DNA of 63,343 nt, the filler included, from an uncultured bacterium (GTDB lineage Bacteria; CAYJRR01), in NCBI GenBank assembly GCA_964372275.1. It is 3 parts of 3 records of this genome, joined end to end, with 100 filler letters (N's around TTAATTAATTAA, not from the genome) between each part and the next. Parts side by side here need not be neighbours in the genome. Positions count along the whole stretch, not along the records: positions 1 to 21,562 come from CAYJRR010000079.1; 2 more parts are not named here. One strand, 5' to 3'. The position numbers were made by a program, and so were the translations under genes. This document shows positions 1-9,611 of the stretch, piece by piece. Each line of letters opens with the position of its first letter. The first letter of the stretch is position 1. The notes under the pieces are model-generated. The model was given only the letters and a program-made list of their open reading frames with translations, ran no database searches and had not been told where the DNA came from.

Positions 1-38
1 CAGGCGCCAAATGTTCCTGAGTTTCGAGGGGAGGAACG

Positions 39-2384
39 ATGGGGCGCTCGCGAGTCATGGCGTGGTTGATCGCAATCACGGTGGTGGTCAGCGGGTGCCG
101 CCCAAAACCCGACGAGGGGGACGACGACATCGAGACGCCGACACTCGAGTCGATCGAGGTCACGCCCTCCATGGTCAGTGTCCCCAAGGTGGTCGCGACG
201 CAGCTTCACGCGACGGGTCACTACTCCGACAGCTCGACACAAGACCTCACCGCGGCGGTCGTCTGGAGCTCGTCCGACGCCTCGATCGTGACCGTCGGCG
301 CGGACGGCTTGACCCGGGCGGTCGCCCCGGGAACGGCGACGATCACGGCCGTATTCGAAGCCACCGAGGAGTTCGAGGCCGTCTCCGGAACGGCGACGGT
401 CGAAGTGACGGCGCCGCTGCCGAGCGCCGGCTTTGCCTATGTTCCGAACTACACCACCAACGCGATCTCCACCTACGCCGTGGCCGCCACGAGCGGTCAG
501 CTCGTCTTTCGGGGGATGGAGGACTCCGGATCGAATCCTTCGGCGATCGCGGTCGATCCGTGGGGCCGCTTCGTCTATGCCTCCAACTTCGGTTCGAACG
601 TCCTCTCCGCCTTCGTGGTCGGGACGAGCGGGAGGCTGGGACAGCAGACGCTGGTCGAGGCCGGCACGACTCCGGTGGCGGTCGCCATCGATCCGACGGG
701 CCGTTACCTCTACGCCGCCAACAAGGGTTCCAACGACGTCAGCGCCTTCGCCATAAACCCGGTCACCGGTGCCTTGACCGGCAATGTCAAGGCGACGGCG
801 GGGACGAGGCCGCGGGCGATCGCCGTCGAGCCGTCCGGACGCTTCGTCTACGCCGTGAACGAGGGATCGAACGACGTCGCCCAGTTCGAGATCGATTCGA
901 CCGACGGGACGCTCACCGCGTTGGGGACGGTGGCCACCGGAACCACCGGGTCGTCGATCGCCTTCGATCCGATGGGGCGCTTTGCCTACGTCACCAACCA
1001 GGGCGCGAACAACGTCTCGGTCTACGCCGTCGATGCGGCGAGCGGCGCGCTCAGCCCCGGAACGGCGGTCGCCGCCGGGACCTCGCCTCGCTCGATCGTG
1101 GTCGATTCGTCGGGGCGTTTCGCCTACGCCGCCAACTTCGGCTCCAACAACGTGTCGGTCTTCACCATCGACCCGACGACCGGGGCGCTGACGGCCGGCA
1201 CGGCGGTGGCGGCCGGAACCGGGACCGCCTTTCTGGCAATCGATCCCAACGCCGACTTCCTCTACGCGACGAACCTGACCTCCAACACCGTCTCCCAGTT
1301 CTCGATCAACCCGTCGACGGGCGCGCTGACGCTGGTGCGGACGCTCTACGGACTGAACGGGCCCTACGCCCCGGCGATCTCCCGCCGGGCGGCGGCCAAG
1401 AGCTACCTGCCGAAAACGCTCTACGTGGCGAACAACGGGTCGGCGAACGTCTCGGTCTATTCGATCAACGCCACGACCGGGGCGCTCACCGCCGCCGGCA
1501 CGGCGAGCGCGGGGACCAACCCGTTCCGGGTGGCGATCGATCCGACGGAGCGATTCGCCTACGTCACCAACAACGGCTCGAACAACGTCTCGGCCTTCGT
1601 CATCGGGACGGCCGGACAGCTCACCTCGATCGGCGCGGCCGTCGCGGCGGGGACCACGCCCCGCCACATGACCTTCCACCCCACCGGCAGGTTCGCCTAC
1701 GTGGCCAACCAGGGCACGAACGACGTGTCGGTCTATTCGATCAACCAGACCACCGGCGCCCTTACCGCGATCGCCACCACCGCGGCGGGCACCGGCGCCC
1801 GCGGAGCGGCGGTCGACCCGACCGGACGCTTTCTCTACGTGGCGAACAACGGCGCGAACAACGTCTCGGTCTTCACCATCAACCAGACGGCCGGGACGCT
1901 CACCGCGGGGACGGCGGTGGCCGCCGGCACGGGGCCCAGTTCGATCGCGGTCGATCCGTCGGGCCGATTCGTCTATGTCTCCAACAGCAACAGCAACAAC
2001 GTCTCGGTCTTCACCATCAACCAGACGACGGGAGCGCTCACGGCAGGGACGGCGGTGGCCGCTGGCACGGCGCCCAACGACGTCCGGGCCGAGCCGACCG
2101 GCCGCTTCCTCTACACGGTCAACGGCACGACCAGCAACGCCTCGGTCTACACCATCAACCAGACCACCGGGGCACTGACCGCGGGTACCGCGGTGGCGAC
2201 CGGCACGACTCCGATCGGCCTGGCCGCCGACCCCACGGGGAAGTTCCTCTACTCCGCGAACCAGAACACCAACAATGTCTCGGTCTTTTCGATAAACCAG
2301 ACGACCGGCGCGCTGACCGCGGGTACGGCGATCGCGGGCGGCACCACACCGTTCGGTCCGGCTGTGCTCGGAGGCCTACAGTAG
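39..2384 (+). CDS. Lipoprotein with Ig-like (Big_2-type) domain and two 7-bladed lactonase-family beta-propellers
   Basis: GGAGG RBS; lipobox VSGC; SIEVTP..VWSSSDASIVTV..GTATITA Ig motif; 14 repeats of the type 'AIDPxGRFxYVxNxGSNNVSVF'. Confidence 0.85.
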   Translation: MGRSRVMAWLIAITVVVSGCRPKPDEGDDDIETPTLESIEVTPSMVSVPKVVATQLHATGHYSDSSTQDLTAAVVWSSSDASIVTVGADGLTRAVAPGTATITAVFEATEEFEAVSGTATVEVTAPLPSAGFAYVPNYTTNAISTYAVAATSGQLVFRGMEDSGSNPSAIAVDPWGRFVYASNFGSNVLSAFVVGTSGRLGQQTLVEAGTTPVAVAIDPTGRYLYAANKGSNDVSAFAINPVTGALTGNVKATAGTRPRAIAVEPSGRFVYAVNEGSNDVAQFEIDSTDGTLTALGTVATGTTGSSIAFDPMGRFAYVTNQGANNVSVYAVDAASGALSPGTAVAAGTSPRSIVVDSSGRFAYAANFGSNNVSVFTIDPTTGALTAGTAVAAGTGTAFLAIDPNADFLYATNLTSNTVSQFSINPSTGALTLVRTLYGLNGPYAPAISRRAAAKSYLPKTLYVANNGSANVSVYSINATTGALTAAGTASAGTNPFRVAIDPTERFAYVTNNGSNNVSAFVIGTAGQLTSIGAAVAAGTTPRHMTFHPTGRFAYVANQGTNDVSVYSINQTTGALTAIATTAAGTGARGAAVDPTGRFLYVANNGANNVSVFTINQTAGTLTAGTAVAAGTGPSSIAVDPSGRFVYVSNSNSNNVSVFTINQTTGALTAGTAVAAGTAPNDVRAEPTGRFLYTVNGTTSNASVYTINQTTGALTAGTAVATGTTPIGLAADPTGKFLYSANQNTNNVSVFSINQTTGALTAGTAIAGGTTPFGPAVLGGLQ

Positions 2385-2440
2385 GCGGCGAACGGTTCGC
2401 CACCCTGGAGAACGGGCCCCTCGTGGTAGGCTCCGGGGAA

Positions 2441-2947
2441 ATGCGAGCGGCACGCTCGATGCGAGCCAAGAACACTCTTCCGAACGACGACCGGATCGCG
2501 ATCCCCCCGCTCGGGCGGACTCTCGAGTTCCTGCGGCTCATCTGGAGCGTCGACCACCGCCTTCACAGGGTGTCGAAGAGGATGCAGTCCAGGCTCGGCA
2601 TCACCGGACCGCAGCGGCTTGCCTTGCGGATCCTGGGACGCGTTCCCGGGGTCACGGCCGGACAGCTGGCCGAGATCCTGCACCTGCATCCGAGCACGCT
2701 GACCGGGATCCTGGCGCGCCTCGAGGAGCGCGGGCTGGTGACGCGGAGGACGAGCGCCTACGACCGGCGGCGCGTCTCTCTGGAGCTCACCGAGCGCGGA
2801 CGCGAGATCGAGAAGCAGAGCGCCGGGACGGTCGAGAACGCCGTGGAGCGGACGTTGGCGGAGTTGGGAGACGCGGAGGCGTCGGCGGCAAGACGGGCGC
2901 TGATGCTGCTGGTGCGGGTTCTCGACCGATCGATCCAAATCGGCTGA
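2441..2947 (+). CDS. MarR family transcriptional regulator
   Basis: GITGPQRLALRIL..LAEILHLHPSTLTGILARLEERGLVTR..DRRRVSLELTERG wHTH; start 2441 or 2459 (3' part of the 11..2947 ORF). Confidence 0.9.
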   Translation: MRAARSMRAKNTLPNDDRIAIPPLGRTLEFLRLIWSVDHRLHRVSKRMQSRLGITGPQRLALRILGRVPGVTAGQLAEILHLHPSTLTGILARLEERGLVTRRTSAYDRRRVSLELTERGREIEKQSAGTVENAVERTLAELGDAEASAARRALMLLVRVLDRSIQIG

Positions 2948-2950
2948 GTC

Positions 2951-4414
2951 TCACCTCCCGGCGGCGGCCTTTTCGCGGACCTTTTCGTAGAGCGCGAGGT
3001 ATCGCTTCGCCGCGCGCGCCCAGGAGAAGTCGGCGGTCATCGCCCGGAAGCACAGGTCCGACCACCGGTTCGCATCCCGCCGCGCGGCGATCGCCCGGTC
3101 GACCGCCGCGAGCATCTCATCGGCGTCGTAGCGCTCGAACTTGAAGCCGGTGCCGCGCAGCGGATCGGCGTCGGCGTCGATCACGGTGTCGTCGAGCCCG
3201 CCGGTGGCGCGCACCACGGGCGGCGTGCCGTAGCGCATGGAGTAGATCTGGTTCAGACCGCAGGGCTCGTACGCCGACGGCATCAGGAAGAGGTCGGCCC
3301 CCGCCTCGATGCGGTGCGCGAGCCCCTCGTCGTAGCCGATCCGGACCGCCAGCCGGTCGGGCCGCTTCCGGGCCCAGGCCCGAAAGCGGTCCTCGTACTT
3401 CCATTCGCCCGTTCCGAGGATCACCAGCCTCACGCGGTCGAGCAGGCGATCCAGCGCGGCGTCGATCAGGTCGAACCCTTTCTGGGGAACCAGGCGGCTG
3501 ACGCATCCGGCGAGCGGATAGTTGTCGCCGCGGGGCAGACCCATCTCCCGCAGCAGCGCGCGCGTGCAGAGGCTCTTCGGCGACGGATTGGCGGCGGTGT
3601 AACGGGCCGGCAGGAAGGTATCGGTCTCGGGGTTCCAGGTGTCGTAGTCGGCGCCGTTGAGCACGCCGAACAACTCCTCGCGGCGCCCGGCGAGCACCCC
3701 CTCCAGCCCGTACCCGAGCTCCGGGGCCAGGATCTCGCGCGCGTATCGTTCGGAGACGGTGCTCAGCAGGTCGGCGTGGATGAGTCCCAGCTTCAGGTAG
3801 TTGGTCCGGCCGTAGAACTCGGCAGACGCCCAGTAGGACTCGTGCGGCAAACCGGTGACCGCGAATTCGGATGCGGGAAAGCTCCCCTGGTAGGCGAGGT
3901 TGTGGATCGTGAACAGCGTCCCGGGGACCGCCGTCCCGGGCCTGCGGCCGGCATCGAGGCTCGCCGCGCGCGCGACGCGCAGGTGGGCCGCGACGGGCCC
4001 GGTCTGCCAGTCGTTGGCATGGACGACGTCGTACGGACGGCCGTCGGGAGGGGAGAGGGCCATCTCCGCCACCACCCGCGAGAAGAAGGCAAAACGCGCC
4101 GCTTCGTCGGGCTGGTCGTAGAGATCGTTCCCCTTGAAGAACCGATCGCACTCGACCAACAGCGCGTTTCCGAACGGCGTCGTCGCGCGCCACAACGTTG
4201 CGCGGAACGCCTGGCCGCCGACGGGGATGTCGTAGACGCGGCTGGTACGGGAGAGGCCGTGACGGGTCCGGTCGACCGAACCGTAGAGCGGCGTGACCAG
4301 GTCGACCTCCGCGCCGGCCTGCCCCAACGCCTTGGGAAGCGATCCGAGCACGTCCCCAAGTCCCCCCGTCTTGGAGAACGGTACCGCTTCGGTCCCCGCG
4401 AGCAGGACGCGCAC
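2951..4414 (-). CDS. glgA: Glycogen synthase (GT5)
   Basis: KTGGLGDV, HANDWQ, TIHNLAYQG, SRLVPQKG, PSAYEPCGLNQ motifs; GTG start overlaps galT stop (TAGTG). Confidence 0.95.
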   Translation of the reverse strand: MRVLLAGTEAVPFSKTGGLGDVLGSLPKALGQAGAEVDLVTPLYGSVDRTRHGLSRTSRVYDIPVGGQAFRATLWRATTPFGNALLVECDRFFKGNDLYDQPDEAARFAFFSRVVAEMALSPPDGRPYDVVHANDWQTGPVAAHLRVARAASLDAGRRPGTAVPGTLFTIHNLAYQGSFPASEFAVTGLPHESYWASAEFYGRTNYLKLGLIHADLLSTVSERYAREILAPELGYGLEGVLAGRREELFGVLNGADYDTWNPETDTFLPARYTAANPSPKSLCTRALLREMGLPRGDNYPLAGCVSRLVPQKGFDLIDAALDRLLDRVRLVILGTGEWKYEDRFRAWARKRPDRLAVRIGYDEGLAHRIEAGADLFLMPSAYEPCGLNQIYSMRYGTPPVVRATGGLDDTVIDADADPLRGTGFKFERYDADEMLAAVDRAIAARRDANRWSDLCFRAMTADFSWARAAKRYLALYEKVREKAAAGR

Positions 4415-5412
4415 TACGGCTTCACCTCCCGGAGGAACTGCGCCGCCTCCTCCGGCGGGGTCGGATTGATGTAGAAGCCGCTTCCCCACTCAAAGCCGCC
4501 GACGGAGGTCAGCTTGGGAACGATCTCCATGTGCCAGTGAAAGTGAGGAAGGTTTCGCTCCCGCATCGGCGCGGTATGGAGCACGAAGTTGTAGGGCGGG
4601 GTGTCGAGCGTCCGTTCGAGCCGCCGGAAGGTCGCTTTCAGGAGGCGCGCCAGCTCGGTGAACTCGGGGCGCTGGCTGTCCTCGAAGTTCGAGGTGTGGT
4701 GCCGCGGGAGGATCCAGGTCTCGAACGGGAATCGCGGGGCGTAGGGGCAAAGCGCCACGAAGTTCTCGCTCTGGTCGATGATTCGCGTCTCGTCGGCGAG
4801 CTCTTGCGCGAGGACGTCACAGAAGACGCAGCGCTCCTTGTACTCGAAGTACTCTTTCGCGCTCTTGAGCTCCTCGCGCACGGCGCGCGGAACGATCGGT
4901 AGAGCGATCAACTGGCAATGGGTATGCTCGAGCGAGGCCCCGGCCGCCTCGCCGTGGTTCTTGAAAATGAGGCAGTACTGCAGCCGGGTGTCGCGCGTCA
5001 GGTCGACGATCCGGTCGCGGAAGGCCCAGAGGGCGTCCTCCATTCCGGCATCCGACAGGTCGGCGAAGCTCTTGTCGTGCTCGGGGGTCTCGATGATCAC
5101 CTCGTGCGCGCCGATCCCGTTCATCCGGTCGAACATCCCGTCCCCTTTTCGATCGAGCTTTCCCTCGATCGCCAGCGCCGGGAATCGGTTCGGAATGACG
5201 CGCGTCCGCCAGCCGGGGGCGTTCGGCGCCGTCCCCTCCTGCCGGTAGGCGAGGATCTCGGGCGGCGTCTTGTCCTCGTTGCCGGGACAAAAGGGGCAGA
5301 AGCCGGGCTTGGTGTGCGGCCGTTGTGGCTTGAAGTCGCTCGGCCGCTTGGCCCGCTCGGTCGAAATGATCACCCACCGCCCGACGATCGGGTCCTTCCG
5401 TAGCTCGGACAT
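4414..5412 (-). CDS. galT: GalT-family hexose-1-phosphate nucleotidyltransferase
   Basis: ELRKDP..RAKRP, CPFCPGNE, NRFPAL, KNHGEAAGASLEHTHCQ (HxHxQ), HWHMEIVP. Confidence 0.9.
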   Translation of the reverse strand: MSELRKDPIVGRWVIISTERAKRPSDFKPQRPHTKPGFCPFCPGNEDKTPPEILAYRQEGTAPNAPGWRTRVIPNRFPALAIEGKLDRKGDGMFDRMNGIGAHEVIIETPEHDKSFADLSDAGMEDALWAFRDRIVDLTRDTRLQYCLIFKNHGEAAGASLEHTHCQLIALPIVPRAVREELKSAKEYFEYKERCVFCDVLAQELADETRIIDQSENFVALCPYAPRFPFETWILPRHHTSNFEDSQRPEFTELARLLKATFRRLERTLDTPPYNFVLHTAPMRERNLPHFHWHMEIVPKLTSVGGFEWGSGFYINPTPPEEAAQFLREVKP

Positions 5413-5466
5413 GCGAGCGGTTGGTAGCCCTTCGGGCCGGTCCACGTCAAGCGGACCCTCCGATTC

Positions 5467-6987
5467 GTGGTAAGCAACGGCGCCGTGCTTTCGCGTCTCC
5501 TGGTGCGCGCGTTCTCACGCCTCGCGGCGTCGCTCTCGACGCCGGCGTTGATGCGGTTGGGGGCGGCGATCGGACTCCTCTGGTACCGCGTCGTGCCGGT
5601 CCGGCGGGGGCACGTGCGCCGGGCGGTGGCGCGGGCCTTTCCGGAGCTCGAGGCCGCTTCGCGGGAACGGATCGTGCGCGGGAGCTTCGTGCACCTCGGC
5701 CGATCGTTGCTCGAGGCGATCGCCATCCCGTCCTATCCGGACGCGCGTCTGGCGGCGCTGGTGCGCTTTGAAGGGATCCCCGCCTCGGTGGAGCGCGCGC
5801 GGGCCGACGGGAAGGGGACGGTGCTCGTCTCCGGTCACCTGGGGGCGTTCGAGACCTGCATGTCGGCGTTCGGCGTGATCGCCCGCCAGATCCCGCGGAT
5901 CATCATCGCCCGCCTCCCGACCGTCGGATTTGCGCGAGCAATGCTCGACGCCATCCGCGCGCGCACCGGGATCGAGGTCTATCCGCCGCGTGGCTCCGGC
6001 GAGGCGATCGCGCGGCGCCTCGACGGTGGAGCTTGCATGGTCTTTGCCATGGACCAGAACATGGCCCGCCATCGCGGTCTGTTCGTCCCGTTCCTCGGAG
6101 AGCTGGCCTGCAGCACGCCGGGCTTCTCGATCCTCTTGCGGCGCTCCCGCTCCCAATGGGTGCCGGGCTTCTGCGAGCGCCTGGACGACGGAACGCACGC
6201 GAGCCGCTGGTTCGATCCGGTCCCGGTCTCCGATCATCCGCACCCGCGGGTTGCGACGCTCAACGACACGTTCGCCATGGCGAAGCTCCTCGAAGGCTAC
6301 GTCCGCCGCCGGCCCGAGCAGTACTTCTGGGTGCACCGCCGCTGGAAGACGCGGCCCGAACCGGGAGACCTGGTCCGAACCGATCGCGGGATCGAGTTTT
6401 TTGGCGAGACCGGCCGTGTCGGTGCGCTGCTCGACCGCGACGGGACGACCAACGTCGAGCTCGGCCGCTCGGTGCTCGACCCGTCCGAGATCTCGCTCGT
6501 GCCGGGCGCGGCCGAGGGGATCCGGCGCCTCAACGGGGCGGGGATCCCGGTGATCGTGTTGACCAATCAGGCGGCGATCGCCCGCGGCCAGCTCGACGAG
6601 GCTGGGCTCGAGGCGATCCACGCCCGGCTGCGAGCGCTGCTTGCCGCGGAAGGTGCGAGAATCGATGCGATCTACTATTGTCCCCATCACCCGACCGACG
6701 GCGTCGGTCCCTTGAGACGGGCGTGCGATTGTCGCAAGCCCGCGCCAGGTCTGGGGATCCGCGCGGCGGCCGAGTGGGGGCTGAATCTCCGCCGGTCGCT
6801 GTTCGTCGGAGATCGGGAGACCGATGCGGCGTGCGCGAAGGCGCTTGGTATGAGAGCGACACGGGTGACCAACGGATGGGCCGACGGCGGGCGCGACCCG
6901 GACGAAGCGAGCGCCGACGAGGTGCAGCCAAGCCTCGTCGCCGCGGTCGACGCCTACCTCAATCGCGTCGTGGGGGCGGAGCGATGA
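5467..6987 (+). CDS. Fusion of LpxL-type lipid A acyltransferase and GmhB-type D,D-heptose 1,7-bisphosphate phosphatase
   Basis: N-term GHLGAFE, DQN, VPFLG, PEQYFWVHRRWKTRP; C-term LDRDGT, TNQAAIARG, YYCPH, CDCRKPAPG, FVGDRETD; one continuous frame; start uncertain. Confidence 0.85.
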   Translation: MVSNGAVLSRLLVRAFSRLAASLSTPALMRLGAAIGLLWYRVVPVRRGHVRRAVARAFPELEAASRERIVRGSFVHLGRSLLEAIAIPSYPDARLAALVRFEGIPASVERARADGKGTVLVSGHLGAFETCMSAFGVIARQIPRIIIARLPTVGFARAMLDAIRARTGIEVYPPRGSGEAIARRLDGGACMVFAMDQNMARHRGLFVPFLGELACSTPGFSILLRRSRSQWVPGFCERLDDGTHASRWFDPVPVSDHPHPRVATLNDTFAMAKLLEGYVRRRPEQYFWVHRRWKTRPEPGDLVRTDRGIEFFGETGRVGALLDRDGTTNVELGRSVLDPSEISLVPGAAEGIRRLNGAGIPVIVLTNQAAIARGQLDEAGLEAIHARLRALLAAEGARIDAIYYCPHHPTDGVGPLRRACDCRKPAPGLGIRAAAEWGLNLRRSLFVGDRETDAACAKALGMRATRVTNGWADGGRDPDEASADEVQPSLVAAVDAYLNRVVGAER

Positions 6988-7895
6988 CGGCGCGCGCAGC
7001 GCTCCTCGGCGGGATCCTCTCTGGCCTGTCGGCCGGCGTGGCGAGTGGAGCCGCGATCGGCCTCGCCGCGCCGCTGGCGGAGCCGGCGATGATCGCCCCA
7101 CCGACGGCGCGGACGCCGCGGTCGATGGCGACGATCGACGGCGTCGAGGTGACGCCCAGTGCGCCACCGTTCGCGCACGGGGAGACCCTCACCTTCGAGG
7201 CGAGCTGGAACCGGATCAACGTCGGACAGGCGACGATGACGGTCGACACCGGCGGCACGTTCGAGGGGCGGCCGGCGATCCACCTGAAGGCGTCGGCGAA
7301 GTCGAACCGCGCCTTCTCGCTCTTCTTCAGCATCAAGGACGCCGGCGAGTCGTGGGTCGATCCGGTCGGTCTCTATTCGCTCGGATTCGTCTCCGACCAG
7401 AAGGAGGGGAGCATCGACGACCTGCAGCGGTGGGTGATCGACAACGATCGAGGGATCGCCACCCGCCACCGCGTGCGGCAGAAGGGGTCCGAGCCGGCGA
7501 AGAAGGGGACGAAGGAGTTCCCGATGACGGCGACCCACGTCCAGGACGCCTTCTCGATGCTCTACTACTTCCGCGCGTTCGACCTGAAGGTCGGCCAGAA
7601 GCTGGTGAGCGACGTCTTCGTCTCCCGGAAGGTCTGGACGCTCGAGGTGGAGGCGATCGGCAAGGAACGGGTGAAGACGCCGGCCGGGACGTTCGACTGC
7701 CTGAAGGTGAAGCCGCGGGTGACCTTGAACGGCGTCGAGCAGAAGAAGGGCCAGATGACGATCTGGGTGACGGAGGACGCGCGGCGGATGCCGGTCAAGA
7801 TCCAGTCGGACATCCCGCTGGGGAAGATCAACGCGGTGCTGCACAAGTTCACGGAGGGACAGGTGGCGGAGGCCGCCGTGCCCGCGAAGGAGTGA
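6984..7895 (+). CDS. DUF3108-like exported protein
   Basis: ATGA overlap with upstream gene; GETLTFEASW, QDAFSMLYYFR, KERVKTPAGTFDCLKV, IWVTEDARRMPVKI. Confidence 0.8.
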   Translation: MTARAALLGGILSGLSAGVASGAAIGLAAPLAEPAMIAPPTARTPRSMATIDGVEVTPSAPPFAHGETLTFEASWNRINVGQATMTVDTGGTFEGRPAIHLKASAKSNRAFSLFFSIKDAGESWVDPVGLYSLGFVSDQKEGSIDDLQRWVIDNDRGIATRHRVRQKGSEPAKKGTKEFPMTATHVQDAFSMLYYFRAFDLKVGQKLVSDVFVSRKVWTLEVEAIGKERVKTPAGTFDCLKVKPRVTLNGVEQKKGQMTIWVTEDARRMPVKIQSDIPLGKINAVLHKFTEGQVAEAAVPAKE

Positions 7896-7902
7896 TCGAA
7901 GG

Positions 7903-8079
7903 ATGCCGGTCGACGAGAGGCTGCTCAAGATCCTGGTCTGCCCGAAGTGCAAGGGGGCGATCCAGCCGGTGAAGACGGGCGATGGCGGGGAGGGGCTCCG
8001 CTGCGATGCCTGCCGTCTGCTCTACCCGGTCAAGGACGACATCCCGGTGATGCTGATCGACGAGGCGACCAAGGTGTGA
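7903..8079 (+). CDS. Trm112/YcaR family protein (58 aa, absent from the ORF track)
   Basis: Hand translation MPVDERLLKILVCPKCKGAIQPVKTGDGGEGLRCDACRLLYPVKDDIPVMLIDEATKV. Confidence 0.9.
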   Translation: MPVDERLLKILVCPKCKGAIQPVKTGDGGEGLRCDACRLLYPVKDDIPVMLIDEATKV

Positions 8080-8921
8080 TCCGGCCGGTCGTCGTCGGGC
8101 CCTTCCGGGGTCTGGTGCGCGCTCCGGCGACCGACCTTCCGCCCCGCCTCCTGGAGGATCCGGCCGCGGCGCTGGCCGGCGGACGCCTGCTGCGGTCGAA
8201 GAAGAACACCGTGGTGGAGATCGCGTCCCCGGAGGGGCCGGGCTGGATCGTGCGCCGCTACCGCCCGCGCGGACTGCATTCGCTGGTACGCAACTCGGTG
8301 ATGGTGTCGAAGGAGCGGAACGCCTTCACCTTCGCGCTGGAGTACGAGCGCCGGGGCGTGCCGACGGCGCCGGTCCTCGCCATCCTCGAGCGCCGGACGA
8401 AGGGGGTCTTCCGCGAGAGCCTGCTCGTCGTGCGCAAGGTGCCGTCGACGACGCTGAAGGAGCGGCTGCACGAGGCGTCCGGGCGCGATCCGGACGGGCC
8501 TGCGTCCGGACGCGACGAGCGGGACGTCGGGCCGGAGGCCGAGGCATGGTGGAGGGCCTTCGCGGCTTTCGTGCGGCGGGCCCACGCGGCGGGCGTCTAC
8601 CACGGCGATCTGAACGCGGCGAACGTGCTGGTGCGCGCGGAGGCGGAACGACCGGGCCCCGACGCGTTCGTGCTGATCGACGTCAACCGGACACGATTTG
8701 GGTCCCCCTTCGACGGCGGGCGGGTCGTCGCCGATCTCTCGCGCATCGGCCGCACCGAGGCGGAACGGCGGTTCTTCGTCGGGTGCTACGCCGTGGACGC
8801 CGGGGAGCGCCGGCGCCTGGAGGCGGCGGTACTCCGGCGCCGGCGGCTCCACGACCTGCGGAAGCGCCTCAACCGCTCGCTGGGGATCAAGCGGACGCTC
8901 GTCGCGCTGAAGCTCAAGTGA
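8076..8921 (+). CDS. Lipopolysaccharide kinase (Kdo/WaaP/InaA family)
   Basis: GTGA overlap; GVPTAPVLA, HAAGVYHGDLNAANVLV, VLIDVNR; LPS gene context. Confidence 0.8.
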   Translation: MIRPVVVGPFRGLVRAPATDLPPRLLEDPAAALAGGRLLRSKKNTVVEIASPEGPGWIVRRYRPRGLHSLVRNSVMVSKERNAFTFALEYERRGVPTAPVLAILERRTKGVFRESLLVVRKVPSTTLKERLHEASGRDPDGPASGRDERDVGPEAEAWWRAFAAFVRRAHAAGVYHGDLNAANVLVRAEAERPGPDAFVLIDVNRTRFGSPFDGGRVVADLSRIGRTEAERRFFVGCYAVDAGERRRLEAAVLRRRRLHDLRKRLNRSLGIKRTLVALKLK

Positions 8922-9576
8922 CGCGGCGGAGCAGCGCGAGCCGCTGCGCATGGAGACCGGGCATCGGGGCGCGGAGCTCGAGGAGCGTGAACCCCGCGGC
9001 GGTCGCTTCGCGGAGGAACGACGGCGTGCCGAAGAAGAAGATCTTCGAGCGACGCCGTTTCGGGAGCACCGCGCCGGAGAGCCAGCGCTGCCAGCGGTGG
9101 AGGGGCGTGCGTTCGTAGAAGGAGATCAGCACGTGCCCGCGCGTGACGCGCGCCAGCTCCCGGAACATCGCCGCGCGGTCGGCCGGATCGTGGAGGTGGT
9201 GCAGCAGCCGCATTGACAGCACGACGTCAAACGACCGGTCGGCGAACGGAAGGAAGCGGATGTCGGCGACGCCGGCGTCGGCCGGCACCCCCCCGATCGC
9301 CTGGGCCCGGGCAAGGGCGCGCGCCGCCATCGAATCGGAACGGTCGAAATCGACCAGCCAGGAGGCGATCTCAACGAGCGCGGAGGAGAACCGGCCGAAG
9401 CCGCACGGCAGGTCGAGCGCCACCAGGTCCCGCCGGCCGGCGGCGGCGGCCGCCAGGAGCTCGCGCACGATCGCCTGCTCGCGGCGGTCGATCCACTTCT
9501 GGTCCCCCCGGTACCGCGTCGCCTCGTACCGCGCGACGTCGGTCGGCGCGAGCCGCTCGGAGATCTTTCGGGCCAT
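8914..9576 (-). CDS. Class I SAM-dependent methyltransferase
   Basis: ALDLPCGFGRF, DIRFLPFADRSFDVVLSMRLLHHL, ELARVT; start 9576 or 9594. Confidence 0.85.
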   Translation of the reverse strand: MARKISERLAPTDVARYEATRYRGDQKWIDRREQAIVRELLAAAAAGRRDLVALDLPCGFGRFSSALVEIASWLVDFDRSDSMAARALARAQAIGGVPADAGVADIRFLPFADRSFDVVLSMRLLHHLHDPADRAAMFRELARVTRGHVLISFYERTPLHRWQRWLSGAVLPKRRRSKIFFFGTPSFLREATAAGFTLLELRAPMPGLHAQRLALLRRVT

Positions 9577-9611
9577 CGGGGCGCGTTGTAGCATGTCTTT
9601 GCCCCTCGACC

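Noticed and set aside
11-2947. 978-aa ORF read as a large MarR fusion
   Set aside because: The first ~810 aa are an off-frame shadow of the 39-2384 gene; only 2441-2947 is MarR
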